The notes under the pieces were generated by a model. It saw only the letters and a list, made by a program, of their open reading frames with translations, was not told where the DNA came from and searched no databases. Positions 39,301 to 48,203 of a stretch of DNA of 64,000 bases are shown piece by piece; position 1 is the first letter of the stretch; each line of letters opens with the position of its first letter. The position numbers and the translations under genes were made by a program. This DNA is from an uncultured Gammaproteobacteria bacterium (GTDB lineage: Bacteria > Patescibacteriota > Microgenomatia > Daviesbacterales > UBA10151): the NCBI GenBank assembly GCA_964625535.1, contig CAZVEX010000005.1, positions 3,477-67,476 on the forward strand, written 5' to 3'.

Positions 39301-39819
39301 TCACTTTTGACCTTCAAAAAACTTAAAGCCGGTAAATTGTCCCAAAACCTGGATAACTGCAAAGGTAATAGCCAAAAGCAAAATTCCCACCACAGCATTA
39401 ATGATTTTTTTTCTGGCCGAATCCAGTTTTTCCTTGTCCCCCTCCGAGGTCATCCAGTCCCATCCTCCCCAAAGCAGCATGAAAATTAACACTACCCCGG
39501 CAGCTGCATAAATTAAACCTACCAGATTGGACAAAAACCTGCTGATCCCCCCGGCTCCTGTGGGATCAGGGGAGGTAAAGGGTAACAGTTCCGGAGGAGG
39601 ATTGATAGTGCCGAAGGACTTACCAACTTCTGATTTTTCACAAGTACCTCGACTAGGATCAGCCGTGAGGGGTTTACAAACCAACCCTGCTTCACAATGC
39701 CCATTGGGATCTTTTATAAAACAGAAACCCGGTTCTTTTATATGATGAGCCAATACTACGTTAGCGTTGATCCCGAAAAACAGACAAATAAAGATCAAAA
39801 GAAAAAGTTTTTTAATCAT
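39301..39819 (-). CDS. VirB2/TrbC-like pilin paralogue 3 with signal peptide and 4-Cys N-terminal module
   Basis: GGWDWMTSEGDKEKLDSARKKIINAVVG; start reassigned to 39819. Confidence 0.78.
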   Translation of the reverse strand: MIKKLFLLIFICLFFGINANVVLAHHIKEPGFCFIKDPNGHCEAGLVCKPLTADPSRGTCEKSEVGKSFGTINPPPELLPFTSPDPTGAGGISRFLSNLVGLIYAAAGVVLIFMLLWGGWDWMTSEGDKEKLDSARKKIINAVVGILLLAITFAVIQVLGQFTGFKFFEGQK

Positions 39820-39922
39820 ACAAGAATATATTATCATTAATTTACAAAGCGCAACAACTAGTTAATGTAATTCTATTATAGGTTTGATAAATAGATAAGA
39901 TTATGGTATGATAGATAAAATT

Positions 39923-40615
39923 ATGAAAAGAGAAAGCGAGCTTAAATCAAGGGCAATACGTATTGGAGGTACTGTTTTAGTAACTACAGTTATGGGTTTA
40001 GCATTAGAGCAAGGTGTAAAAACGGTTAATGCGGAAACTCCTACGGCTACAGCCACTCCCACCAGAACGCCTACTCCTACAGGTACGCCTACCCCGGATA
40101 TAGAAATAGTTAATAAACAAGCGACTATTACAGCTTTAAACAAACAGCTTGAAAGGGCAAGACAACTAGCAGATCTGCGGGCAACCGAAGCTGCTGTTCG
40201 CAGGGAAATAGATAAAGTTATGGGTACGCCTCCGGCTACTTCTACCCCTACTGCTCAAGAGCTAGAAAGACAGAGGATTGAGCAAGCTGCTATAAAAGAG
40301 ATTGCAGATAGGTGGGGGACTGCCACAGCCCAGGCAGAATTAAGACCAGCTACACCTACTCCCTTTCCTCTTCCCCCAAGACCGGCCGGGCCCAAACCCA
40401 AGGAAGAACATGATCCGACAGGCGGTTTGGATATAGGCGGGTTAGTCCCTTGGGTGGGAGGAGTAGCCGCGCTTGTTACAGCCGTGGTAGGTTGGTTAAA
40501 CAGGGGCAGAATTCTGGGTTTATTTAGAAGAGGCGGTGGAGACGCTGATGTAGATGTAACTCCTGATGATGATCCTTTGAGACCAGTCCCTCCTAGACCG
40601 CCAACAACTACCTGA
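39923..40615 (+). CDS. Pro/Thr-rich coiled-coil surface protein with N-terminal signal and C-terminal TM helix, antisense within the pilin array
   Basis: TPTATATPTRTPTPT repeats, hydrophobic termini; TTGATA-17-TATGAT upstream. Confidence 0.65.
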   Translation: MKRESELKSRAIRIGGTVLVTTVMGLALEQGVKTVNAETPTATATPTRTPTPTGTPTPDIEIVNKQATITALNKQLERARQLADLRATEAAVRREIDKVMGTPPATSTPTAQELERQRIEQAAIKEIADRWGTATAQAELRPATPTPFPLPPRPAGPKPKEEHDPTGGLDIGGLVPWVGGVAALVTAVVGWLNRGRILGLFRRGGGDADVDVTPDDDPLRPVPPRPPTTT

Positions 40616-40985
40616 TGATTTGGAATCCGGTTATCCCAAAAAGACTGGATAGTAAGAATTGTAACACCAAAAAGGCAGACATTAAAATAAAAAAGCCGAT
40701 AATGGCATGAGTTATCATTTGCCTGGCTCCCTCCATTTCTTCTTTATTGCCTCCTGCCCGCAAATACCGGAAAGCCCCAAAAAGAAAATACATGATGACC
40801 ATTACTGCTGTTATCGAAAAGGCCGGAGTGACCAGCTTTGATGTGGCCTCGCCCAAAGAAGTAATATTGCCAAAGCCGAATTTTTCACCAATGGGAATGG
40901 GAGATTGGGCAAGAACGGGAATAACCATTAACAGGTAACTGGTGACGAGAATATAAATTTTTAATTTTAAATTTTTAATTTTCAT
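40608..40985 (-). CDS. VirB2/TrbC-like pilin paralogue 4
   Basis: GAFRYLRAGGNKEEMEGARQMITHAIIG; N-terminus MKIKNLKLKI is encoded by a heptamer tract. Confidence 0.78.
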   Translation of the reverse strand: MKIKNLKLKIYILVTSYLLMVIPVLAQSPIPIGEKFGFGNITSLGEATSKLVTPAFSITAVMVIMYFLFGAFRYLRAGGNKEEMEGARQMITHAIIGFFILMSAFLVLQFLLSSLFGITGFQIIR

Positions 40986-41020
40986 TCAAATTTTAATATT
41001 TCAATTTTAAATGTTTAAAT
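40955..41020. repeat. AT-rich heptamer tract downstream of the four-helix-bundle gene
   Basis: Minus strand reads AAAATTA AAAATTT AAAATTA AAAATTT; includes TCAATTTTAAATG at 41001-41013. Confidence 0.75.
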
Positions 41021-41033
41021 AACAATAAGTAAA

Positions 41034-41393
41034 TTACTTAGTACTAAATGCTATTTTAGAAAAAATCAAGGTCAATTCTTGTGCTTCTTGCCATAATTTT
41101 CTGCACGCCTCTCTCGTCTCATTAATTGCTTTTGCAAGCAATCTTAGCCAATATTTTGTTTCTTTTGCTTCTTTTTTGCAAATAAAAATTTTGTTTTTGA
41201 AATCTTTTTTACTGCTTGCTCCGTTTGCTTCACAATAGTTAGCGCCTATGCTTGTTCCGGCTCTTAGGAGTTGATCTACTATAGGTATAGTAACTACATT
41301 TTTAGGAACATTTTTACAAAGTTCAATTATACTCTCTGCAAATGTTGCAGTTCTTTCTTCCAGATCATATTTTTTGTTTAATATTTTCATCAT
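41034..41393 (-). CDS. Four-helix-bundle protein (23S rRNA IVS-protein / TIGR02436-like)
   Basis: DLEERT..FA, QLLRAGTSIGANY.EA, S.KDF..KI.I..KEA.ET.YWL.L, E..EL..IF. Confidence 0.92.
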   Translation of the reverse strand: MMKILNKKYDLEERTATFAESIIELCKNVPKNVVTIPIVDQLLRAGTSIGANYCEANGASSKKDFKNKIFICKKEAKETKYWLRLLAKAINETREACRKLWQEAQELTLIFSKIAFSTK

Positions 41394-41436
41394 TTAAATT
41401 TGATTTCAAATTTCGAATTGTAAATTTCAAATTTCT
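41391..41436. repeat. AT-rich heptamer tract upstream of the four-helix-bundle gene
   Basis: Minus strand reads AAATTTG AAATTTA CAATTCG AAATTTG; CATTTAAATTTGA is a 12/13 inverted match to 41001-41013. Confidence 0.75.
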
Positions 41437-41755
41437 AGAATGGTACTCCTCCTCTGCCTGGAGTAAAGATTTCCCCGGCATATTTGGCCACAAAATAGGC
41501 TATCAAGGTGACCAACAGCCCAATCAAGGCCCATCTGATTCTGGCCCTGGCCTTGGCCAAACCTTCTTTATTCCCTCCGGCCATAATATACTGCCAGGCT
41601 CCCCATACCAGCCAGTAAAAGGCCATAAAAACCACCAGATAAAAGGCAATGTTTAAAATAGCTGATAATAAAGAACCCAGATCGGTGAACTTTTCTCCCA
41701 CAGGAGAAGGTTGAGGAATGTTTCCAAAACCAGGTAGTTGAATAGCTAATTTCAT
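41435..41755 (-). CDS. VirB2/TrbC-like pilin paralogue 5
   Basis: GAWQYIMAGGNKEGLAKARARIRWALIGL; start reassigned to ATG 41755. Confidence 0.78.
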   Translation of the reverse strand: MKLAIQLPGFGNIPQPSPVGEKFTDLGSLLSAILNIAFYLVVFMAFYWLVWGAWQYIMAGGNKEGLAKARARIRWALIGLLVTLIAYFVAKYAGEIFTPGRGGVPF

Positions 41756-41768
41756 AGTGACTCTAGTT

Positions 41769-42890
41769 TCATCGTCCGAATCCCGGTATTCCCAAAATAT
41801 CAAAGCCAATGATTTGCAAAAGCAGTACTGCAAATATTACAAACAACAGTCCAATTATGGCGGAAGTTAATCTCTCTCTTCCTGCCTGCAGGGTTTCCGG
41901 ATTGCCTGCAGAGGTGAGCATCTGAAATGCTCCGAGTAGCATCATCAAAAAGGCCAAACCTCCCCCTATCCCCAGAGCAAACTTCAATACATCCGCAATC
42001 AAATCCGCAGGCTCCGTATGAATACACCCAATAGCAGTTTTAATGGAAGGCTTAGATGGATCACAACTCAAACTTACTGCAGAAGTGCAAATTACACCTT
42101 GATCGCCGCATTTTTTTGGTTGTGTAATAATACCAGGATCTATAGAGCCTGACGGGATAGGTAATGGCGAAGGAGCGTTGACATCTAATGTTATCAAACC
42201 GCCACAAGAGTTATATTTACTACTCGTATCTGTACTAGCTACTTTGATTTCTTTTATTTCTCCAGGATTTCCATCTATCGGAATATCAACGAATTCGCCG
42301 AGTCCATGTTCATCGGTAGTTATTTTTTTTTCAACCAGATTCTTTCCTCCTACTAAAATAAGATAGGTTTGATTTTCTGATCCTAAAAATCTGATAGGTA
42401 TTAAAGCATTAGGTTGAACTTTTGTGGGGAGAGAAGGGTTTATAAGACACTGGCCTCCCAGAATTCCAACTTGGAATTTGATATCTGTGCAATATGGACT
42501 AAAATCTTTATCGCTACTGGTTTTACTTATTTCAATCTTTCCATTTTTTTCTCCTCTCTCAAACAATACCCCATTTTCGGACGTTTTAGGTATCTTAATT
42601 TGAAAGCTAGTTTGGTCAGAGTTAATTTGAATATATTCTGATCCCCAATCCACACCAAACATATCCGTTCTATACCTAATGTAGGGTCCATTGCCCTGAA
42701 TATATTGAGCCCCTCCGGAAGTTAAGTCGAATGTCAAGAGCATAGGGTCTGAATTTACAAAAAAAGGTTTAGATGTAAGAGTAATTCCTGTATTAAGGTT
42801 AGAACAGGGTTTAACATCAACGGCATAAACGAAAGGCGGTAAAAATAATAAATGTAAAAGTAACAATATAGCTAGGATTATTTTGAACAT
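41769..42890 (-). CDS. VirB2-like pilin paralogue 6 fused to a large Cys-containing extracellular domain
   Basis: Signal peptide, ~270-aa variable beta-rich region, then I.TAIGCI and GAFQMLTSAGNPETLQAGRERLTSAIIGL. Confidence 0.75.
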   Translation of the reverse strand: MFKIILAILLLLHLLFLPPFVYAVDVKPCSNLNTGITLTSKPFFVNSDPMLLTFDLTSGGAQYIQGNGPYIRYRTDMFGVDWGSEYIQINSDQTSFQIKIPKTSENGVLFERGEKNGKIEISKTSSDKDFSPYCTDIKFQVGILGGQCLINPSLPTKVQPNALIPIRFLGSENQTYLILVGGKNLVEKKITTDEHGLGEFVDIPIDGNPGEIKEIKVASTDTSSKYNSCGGLITLDVNAPSPLPIPSGSIDPGIITQPKKCGDQGVICTSAVSLSCDPSKPSIKTAIGCIHTEPADLIADVLKFALGIGGGLAFLMMLLGAFQMLTSAGNPETLQAGRERLTSAIIGLLFVIFAVLLLQIIGFDILGIPGFGR

Positions 42891-42920
42891 TACTTTTAGC
42901 TTAGCATAAAGAAAAGCTTG

Positions 42921-43039
42921 TAGCTAGTAGCTGGTAGTTAGTAGCTGGCGATGGTAAAATTAAGAACATGTTTGTCAAGAAGTTTATAGCAGTATTTTTA
43001 ATTGCTCTATCCTTACTACTTACTGCTTACTACTTACTA
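42921..43039. repeat. Two heptamer tracts around the SpoIID gene start: (TAGYTRG)x4 and in-frame (CTTACTR)x4
   Basis: 42921-42948 and 43012-43039; the second encodes LLLTAYYLL in the signal peptide. Confidence 0.8.
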
Positions 43040-44689
43040 CCAACGGTTCGGGCCGATGAAATTGAGGACTTGCAAAGACAGATTGATGAATTAAACAAGG
43101 CCCGGGAGCTTTCCGTTAAAGCTACCACCCCCCTGGAAGGTCAGCTTGATTCATTAAAGCGCCAGCTGGCCCAAATCCAAGTTCAGCTCGAAAATTTATC
43201 TTTAAACATCCAAAACAAACAAAGGCAGTTGGAAATCAGGGAAGAAAAATTAGCTTTGCAGCAGGCCCTTCTTGATAAAAGAGTCCGCTCCTATTATATC
43301 CGCTCCTACCTGGCAGACCCTTTACTGGTGATCCTTTCTTCCCTTCAATCGGGGGATCTTTTTAGGGAGCTGTCCTTCCGCCAGTCTGTGGCCAGGGAGG
43401 ATCGCCGGATCATTACCGCCGTCACTAGTGAAATGTTGGACCTGTTGACCCAAAAAGACAAACTGGAAAAAGACAAGTCTGTCATAGCCGGACTTCAGGT
43501 CGAGGTTGACAAAAATGCCAAATTTTTGGGAGGGGAAATCACCACAGCCAAAAAATACCAGGCCGAACTGTCAAGTAAAATTGCGAAGTTATCTGCCCGC
43601 CAGCAGGCCATTATTGCCCAGCGTCAGGCCAGTTTGAATCTTCCCACCTCTTTGGGGGCAGGGCCGCTTTTTTGTACGGATGATCGAAAACTGGATCCGG
43701 GCTTTTCTCCGGCTTTTGCTTTTTTCACTTTTGGCATTCCCCATCGCGTTGGCATGAACCAGTACGGAGCATACGGCCGGGCCAATGCCGGAGCAAATCA
43801 TGAGGATATTTTGCGCTCGTACTTTCAGGATTTTTCCTTTGAACAGCGGCCAAACATCAACATATCGGTTCAAGGATACGGTTCTATGCCTTTGGAAACT
43901 TATCTTTTGGGAATTTACGAGATGCCGGATTCTTTTCCGACAGAGGCCTTAAAAGCTCAAGCCATTGCTGCCCGATCTTATGCCCTGGCTTACACCAACA
44001 ATGGGGCAGGGGAAATTTGCACCACCCAACAGTGTCAGGTTTACAAAGGCGGCAATAAAGGAGGCAACTGGGAGCGGGCCGTTAATGAAACCAATGGGAA
44101 AACAATGATTTCAGGCGGATCAGTGGTTAAAGCCTGGTATTCGTCAACAGACGGAGGTTATACTTTTTCATCCGCAGATGTATGGGGATCGGGCACTTCT
44201 TTTACCAAAAGATCAAGGGATACAAACGGGGATATAGGTAGTTTCAGCGATCTTTTCTCAAAAGCTTATGACCGGGATTCGCCCTGTTTTTATGCGGCGC
44301 AGGGAGTAAGAAGCCAGTATGCCAAATCCGCTTGGCTAAAATTCGAAGAAGTAGCAGACATTGCTAATGTCATCATGCTGGTGAAGCAAGATTCCGGGGT
44401 TTCCCCACATATTTATCAGACCGATAAACCCAACCCTGAAGGTAATGAGACTTGGGATGGATCAAGAGTGAAACAGGAGCTGAAAAGCAGAGGAGGAAAC
44501 CCTTTTAACAGTGTTTCCGGAGTTTCCGTATCTGCGGATTTTGGATCGGGCATGACTACTTCGGTGACTGTTTCCGGGGACAGAGGATCAGAAACCTTTA
44601 ATGGGAGCGAATTTAAAAACTTCTTTAATCTGCGGGCCCCGGCCAATATCCAGATTGTGGGACCACTGTTTAATGTGGAGACAAAGTAG
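42968..44689 (+). CDS. SpoIID/LytB-domain peptidoglycan lytic transglycosylase with N-terminal coiled coil
   Basis: Signal peptide, long coiled coil, H.VGMNQYGA, YEMP..F..EALKAQAIAARSYA, CQVY, YSSTDGG. Confidence 0.85.
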   Translation: MFVKKFIAVFLIALSLLLTAYYLLPTVRADEIEDLQRQIDELNKARELSVKATTPLEGQLDSLKRQLAQIQVQLENLSLNIQNKQRQLEIREEKLALQQALLDKRVRSYYIRSYLADPLLVILSSLQSGDLFRELSFRQSVAREDRRIITAVTSEMLDLLTQKDKLEKDKSVIAGLQVEVDKNAKFLGGEITTAKKYQAELSSKIAKLSARQQAIIAQRQASLNLPTSLGAGPLFCTDDRKLDPGFSPAFAFFTFGIPHRVGMNQYGAYGRANAGANHEDILRSYFQDFSFEQRPNINISVQGYGSMPLETYLLGIYEMPDSFPTEALKAQAIAARSYALAYTNNGAGEICTTQQCQVYKGGNKGGNWERAVNETNGKTMISGGSVVKAWYSSTDGGYTFSSADVWGSGTSFTKRSRDTNGDIGSFSDLFSKAYDRDSPCFYAAQGVRSQYAKSAWLKFEEVADIANVIMLVKQDSGVSPHIYQTDKPNPEGNETWDGSRVKQELKSRGGNPFNSVSGVSVSADFGSGMTTSVTVSGDRGSETFNGSEFKNFFNLRAPANIQIVGPLFNVETK

Positions 44690-44701
44690 TATACTTGAGC
44701 C

Positions 44702-45277
44702 ATGTTTTCCTCTTATGTGGAAAATCCGCAAAATTGCCGTTTTGAAGGTCAGGATCCGGAGGAGAAAATTCTGCTTTTATTGCGGGCTCATCCCGTCACC
44801 AATTTAGCCTGGATCATCCCGGCAGTAGCGCTTTTTTTCTTCCCCTTTTTCATGCCGAAAATTTTATCATTTTTAAACTTAAACCTTTTGGCCGTCCCCC
44901 AAACTTTTAAGATAGTGTTTTTGATCGTCAACTACCTGCTAATTTTAACCATTGCTTTTGAGGGCTTTTTGCACTGGTATTTTAATGTCTACATTGTGAC
45001 TAATAAAAATGTGGTTGATGTTGACTTTCACGCCATTCTTTTTAAAAATATTGATGTGGCCCCGCTTCGCAACATTGAAGATACCTCCTCATCCATGGGA
45101 GGAATATTAAATGCCATTTTCCACTACGGTGATGTTTATATTCAAACTGCCGGCGCCGCAGCCAGCATAGATTTAAAATCCGTGCCACGGCCCCATCATG
45201 TGGCTGATTTTATTTTGGATGAAGCACATAAACTCTACGGGAGGGGAGATCGACATGCCGACGGCCACCCCTTTTAA
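44702..45277 (+). CDS. Membrane protein with bacterial PH-like domain
   Basis: E.I...LR.H, two TM helices, Y.VTN..VVD, NIED, YGDV.IQTAG, VP.P. Confidence 0.7.
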   Translation: MFSSYVENPQNCRFEGQDPEEKILLLLRAHPVTNLAWIIPAVALFFFPFFMPKILSFLNLNLLAVPQTFKIVFLIVNYLLILTIAFEGFLHWYFNVYIVTNKNVVDVDFHAILFKNIDVAPLRNIEDTSSSMGGILNAIFHYGDVYIQTAGAAASIDLKSVPRPHHVADFILDEAHKLYGRGDRHADGHPF

Positions 45278-45491
45278 TTTTTTCGAACAGGAGGCAGTGC
45301 TGGTGTTTTTAAAAACCGCCACTTTGATTATTTTAGCCTTTTACGCTATATTTGCCTTGATGGTTTTAAGACAAGTAAGTTTAATGAGTAAAACTGTAAT
45401 GACCAGAGTTTCCCCCTGGCTTTCGGCTTTTTCTATTTTACATGCCGGAGTGGCTATAGGTTTAATAATACTGGCCTGGGGAATATTATAA
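45255..45491 (+). CDS. Small two-TM membrane protein (DUF5657-like)
   Basis: Y.IFA..V.RQV.LM..T pattern; start ATG 45255. Confidence 0.6.
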   Translation: MPTATPFNFFEQEAVLVFLKTATLIILAFYAIFALMVLRQVSLMSKTVMTRVSPWLSAFSILHAGVAIGLIILAWGIL

Positions 45492-47284
45492 TGAAAATTA
45501 GTGTAGCTCAAGTCATCGGCTTAAATACGGACCAGCAAGCGGCTCAAGTGGTTTCACAGATCCAGGATTCCGAGAACGCTTTTTTAGCCTTGTTGCAGCT
45601 TACATGCGACGATGCTTTTACCAAAGGCAGGCAGGCTCTGTCCGAACTGGCTGATTTTTACTTTGATTTTGAAGGCAGTCCAGCCCAAAAACTCACTGCC
45701 GCTTTTGCCGAAGGAGTCAAAAAATTCTCCAACGAGGGCGAGTTTTCCCCCGGAGGCTGGGATTTGTGTTTGGCTGCAGTGTCGGGAAAAGTGTTGTATC
45801 TGATGGGACAGGGCCGGGCGGAAGTTTATTTAAAAAGAGGGGATAAGTTATCCTCGCTTCTTGCCGCAGGTTCAGAAGGCCAGCTAATATCGGGATTTTT
45901 GGAAGAGGGGGATAAGCTGCTGCTTGTAAGCAAAAGTTTGTCTGATTTTCTGGGCGAGGATTTGGCCAAAACAATGGATCTTCCCAAGGATGCATGGGAA
46001 GAGGAAATGAGTTCTAAAGTGGGAAGAGCGGAGAATAGCGAAGGGGGGTTGGCAGGGCTTTTTGTGCGGATAGATCAGGAAACGCAAACAAAAGAGGATG
46101 ACATTGCGGCTTTCCCGAGTTTACAGGAAGAGAGATTTGTCCCGGGTCGGACCAAAGAAATTCTATTAAATTTAATCAGATTTTTCCCTAAAAGCGGGCG
46201 GGGCAGGTTGATTTTAGCCCTGATTTTAATCCTGATTATCGGTACCGGAGTAGCGCTAAAATATAAGAGCAGCCGGGATCAGCAGCAACAGGCTGTTTTT
46301 GCCCAAACCCTGCAAGGGGCCAAAGACGATTTTAATGCTGCCAAAGGCCTTTCTTCTTTAAACCCGGCAGAGGCCAAAAACAAACTGGAAGCTGCCAAGG
46401 GAAAAGTTGACAAAGCGCTGGCTCTAAAGCGGGACGATCAGGAAGCGCAAAACTTGAAAAAACAAATCGAAGAAGAGGCTTCTTCTATTTTGCAGCAGCA
46501 AAATGTGACTGATTTTCCTCTGTTTTTAGACTTGGATCTTATAAAAAAAGACTTTAAAGCCCAAAAAATAAGTTTTTCGGCCGGTAAAATATTGGTTCTG
46601 GACAACTCGCAATATTCCCTGGCCGCAATTGACGCGGCCAAAAAAAGCAATCAAATTCTGGCTGGGAAAAGCCAGTTGGGGGAAGCTGCGCTGGCTTCAT
46701 TAAACGGCAGTCTGGCTTTTACTTACTCTCCGGACAAGGGGCTGGTTCGCACCGATGCGACAAACCAAAAACAAACCCAGGTGGCTAAAGTTGATGAGGA
46801 TTGGGGTCAGATCGCAGATCTAGTGGGTTTTGCTGGCAATGTCTATCTTTTGGATAAAGGACAAATCTGGAAGTATTTGCCCGCGGCCGAGGGCTATTCT
46901 GGTAAAAGAGAATACTTAACTCAAAATACCAAGGCGGATTTTTCCTCTGCCCTCCGAATGCAGATTGAATCTTCGGTTTATGTTTTAAAATCCGGAGGAG
47001 AGATGATGCGTTTTACCAGGGGAGAAAAAGACAATTTTTCCTATTCGGGTTTGCCTTCGCCTGTCAAAGACCCCAAAAGCTTTTTTACCTCATCGGATAC
47101 TGACAATTTGTATCTGCTGGATTCGGGTAATTCGCGCCTTCTGGTTTTGAGCAAAATCGGAGCCTACAAAGGTCAATATCAAAGCGAGCGCTTTGACCAA
47201 TTTTCCGATCTGGTGGTGGATGAAAAAGGTAAAAAAGTGTATTTGCTGGAAGGAAGTAAAATTTACTCCATGGATTTGAAATGA
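45491..47284 (+). CDS. Membrane protein: PP2C-like N-terminal domain, TM helix, helical linker, beta-propeller
   Basis: ISG.LEEGDKLLL.S (degenerate PP2C), TM helix, repeated YLLD blades. Confidence 0.6.
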   Translation: MKISVAQVIGLNTDQQAAQVVSQIQDSENAFLALLQLTCDDAFTKGRQALSELADFYFDFEGSPAQKLTAAFAEGVKKFSNEGEFSPGGWDLCLAAVSGKVLYLMGQGRAEVYLKRGDKLSSLLAAGSEGQLISGFLEEGDKLLLVSKSLSDFLGEDLAKTMDLPKDAWEEEMSSKVGRAENSEGGLAGLFVRIDQETQTKEDDIAAFPSLQEERFVPGRTKEILLNLIRFFPKSGRGRLILALILILIIGTGVALKYKSSRDQQQQAVFAQTLQGAKDDFNAAKGLSSLNPAEAKNKLEAAKGKVDKALALKRDDQEAQNLKKQIEEEASSILQQQNVTDFPLFLDLDLIKKDFKAQKISFSAGKILVLDNSQYSLAAIDAAKKSNQILAGKSQLGEAALASLNGSLAFTYSPDKGLVRTDATNQKQTQVAKVDEDWGQIADLVGFAGNVYLLDKGQIWKYLPAAEGYSGKREYLTQNTKADFSSALRMQIESSVYVLKSGGEMMRFTRGEKDNFSYSGLPSPVKDPKSFFTSSDTDNLYLLDSGNSRLLVLSKIGAYKGQYQSERFDQFSDLVVDEKGKKVYLLEGSKIYSMDLK

Positions 47285-47721
47285 GAATAGTTAATAAAAA
47301 AGCTCTTCATAATTATCACATTTTGGAACATTTGGAGGCAGGGGTAAAGCTATCCGGAGCCGAAGTTAAATCTATCCGGGCTGGCAGAGTGGATCTGGGT
47401 CAAGCTTATGTCAAAATCTTAAACGGAGAGGCCTTTTTGGTTAATGCCAATATCCCGAAGTTTGCCCAAACTTCGACCAAAACCTATGATCCGGCTGGAT
47501 CAAGAAAATTACTTCTGCACAAAGCTCAAATCATGAGTTTAACAGGTAAAACTTCAGGTAAGGGGGTAACCCTGGTGCCTGTTTCCCTTTATGAAAAAAA
47601 TAATCTTTTTAAAATAGATATTGGTTTGGGTAAGAGTAAAAAAGAATTTGACAAAAGAGCCGTTATGAAAGAACGCGACCACAAGCGTCGCATAGAACAG
47701 GAGCTGCGGGGAAAAGAATAA
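47281..47721 (+). CDS. smpB: SsrA-binding protein
   Basis: NKKA.HNY, EAGV.L.G.EVKSIR, RKLLLHK, KK.FDKR; adjacent to tmRNA. Confidence 0.97.
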   Translation: MRIVNKKALHNYHILEHLEAGVKLSGAEVKSIRAGRVDLGQAYVKILNGEAFLVNANIPKFAQTSTKTYDPAGSRKLLLHKAQIMSLTGKTSGKGVTLVPVSLYEKNNLFKIDIGLGKSKKEFDKRAVMKERDHKRRIEQELRGKE

Positions 47722-47763
47722 ATACTTGCTTTTTGGGTTAATATGTGGTAATGTAATGTTTAC

Positions 47764-48160
47764 GGGGACGTACAGTTTCGATTGGATGGCACTTTAAAAA
47801 CTGCAAGCCGAATAGGAAACATTATTCGTTAAATATTGTTTCAAACAACAAACGGCAATAACCTTGTCCGTGGTGCGCAAGCACTAGCTCTGGGCCTTTT
47901 TGGTCCTGTTGCTAGACCAGCTTATCTGGTAGCTTAAAGCATCTATTTTAGAATTCTTTTTCTGGCTAGAACCTAAAGTAATGTACCCAGTCAGAATGCT
48001 GTTAATACAATTCTGATCGATCAGTATTAACAAAAGAAAGTTTGATCATTCATTAGTTTTCCTGCTAACTGGTTACAACTAATGAACAAAAATTAATTAG
48101 CTAAGCTTGTAGAAGTTTTTAATTTGTTTTTCAACACAGGGCTCACAGCCCTCGTCTCCA
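47764..48160 (+). ncRNA. ssrA: tmRNA
   Basis: Acceptor stem GGGGACG/CGTCTCC-A with G3.U70; follows smpB; probable tag frame 47854-47937 GNNLVRGAQALALGLFGPVARPAYLVA*; TAAGCTTGTAG near the 3' end. Confidence 0.9.
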
Positions 48161-48161
48161 C

Positions 48162-48190
48162 AAAAAACCCCGCTATCGACGGGGTTTTTG
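48162..48190. terminator. Intrinsic terminator after ssrA, potentially bidirectional
   Basis: AAAAAACCCCG-CTATCGA-CGGGGTTTTT. Confidence 0.85.
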
Positions 48191-48203
48191 CTAAAATGGT
48201 TTA

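Noticed and set aside
41034-41393. Avd gene of a diversity-generating retroelement targeting the pilins
   Set aside because: No reverse transcriptase and no TR/VR pair differing at adenines were seen; the motifs fit the generic four-helix-bundle family.
24654-42890. Integrative conjugative element or prophage
   Set aside because: No integrase, relaxase, att repeats or phage structural genes; the locus is embedded among core genes.
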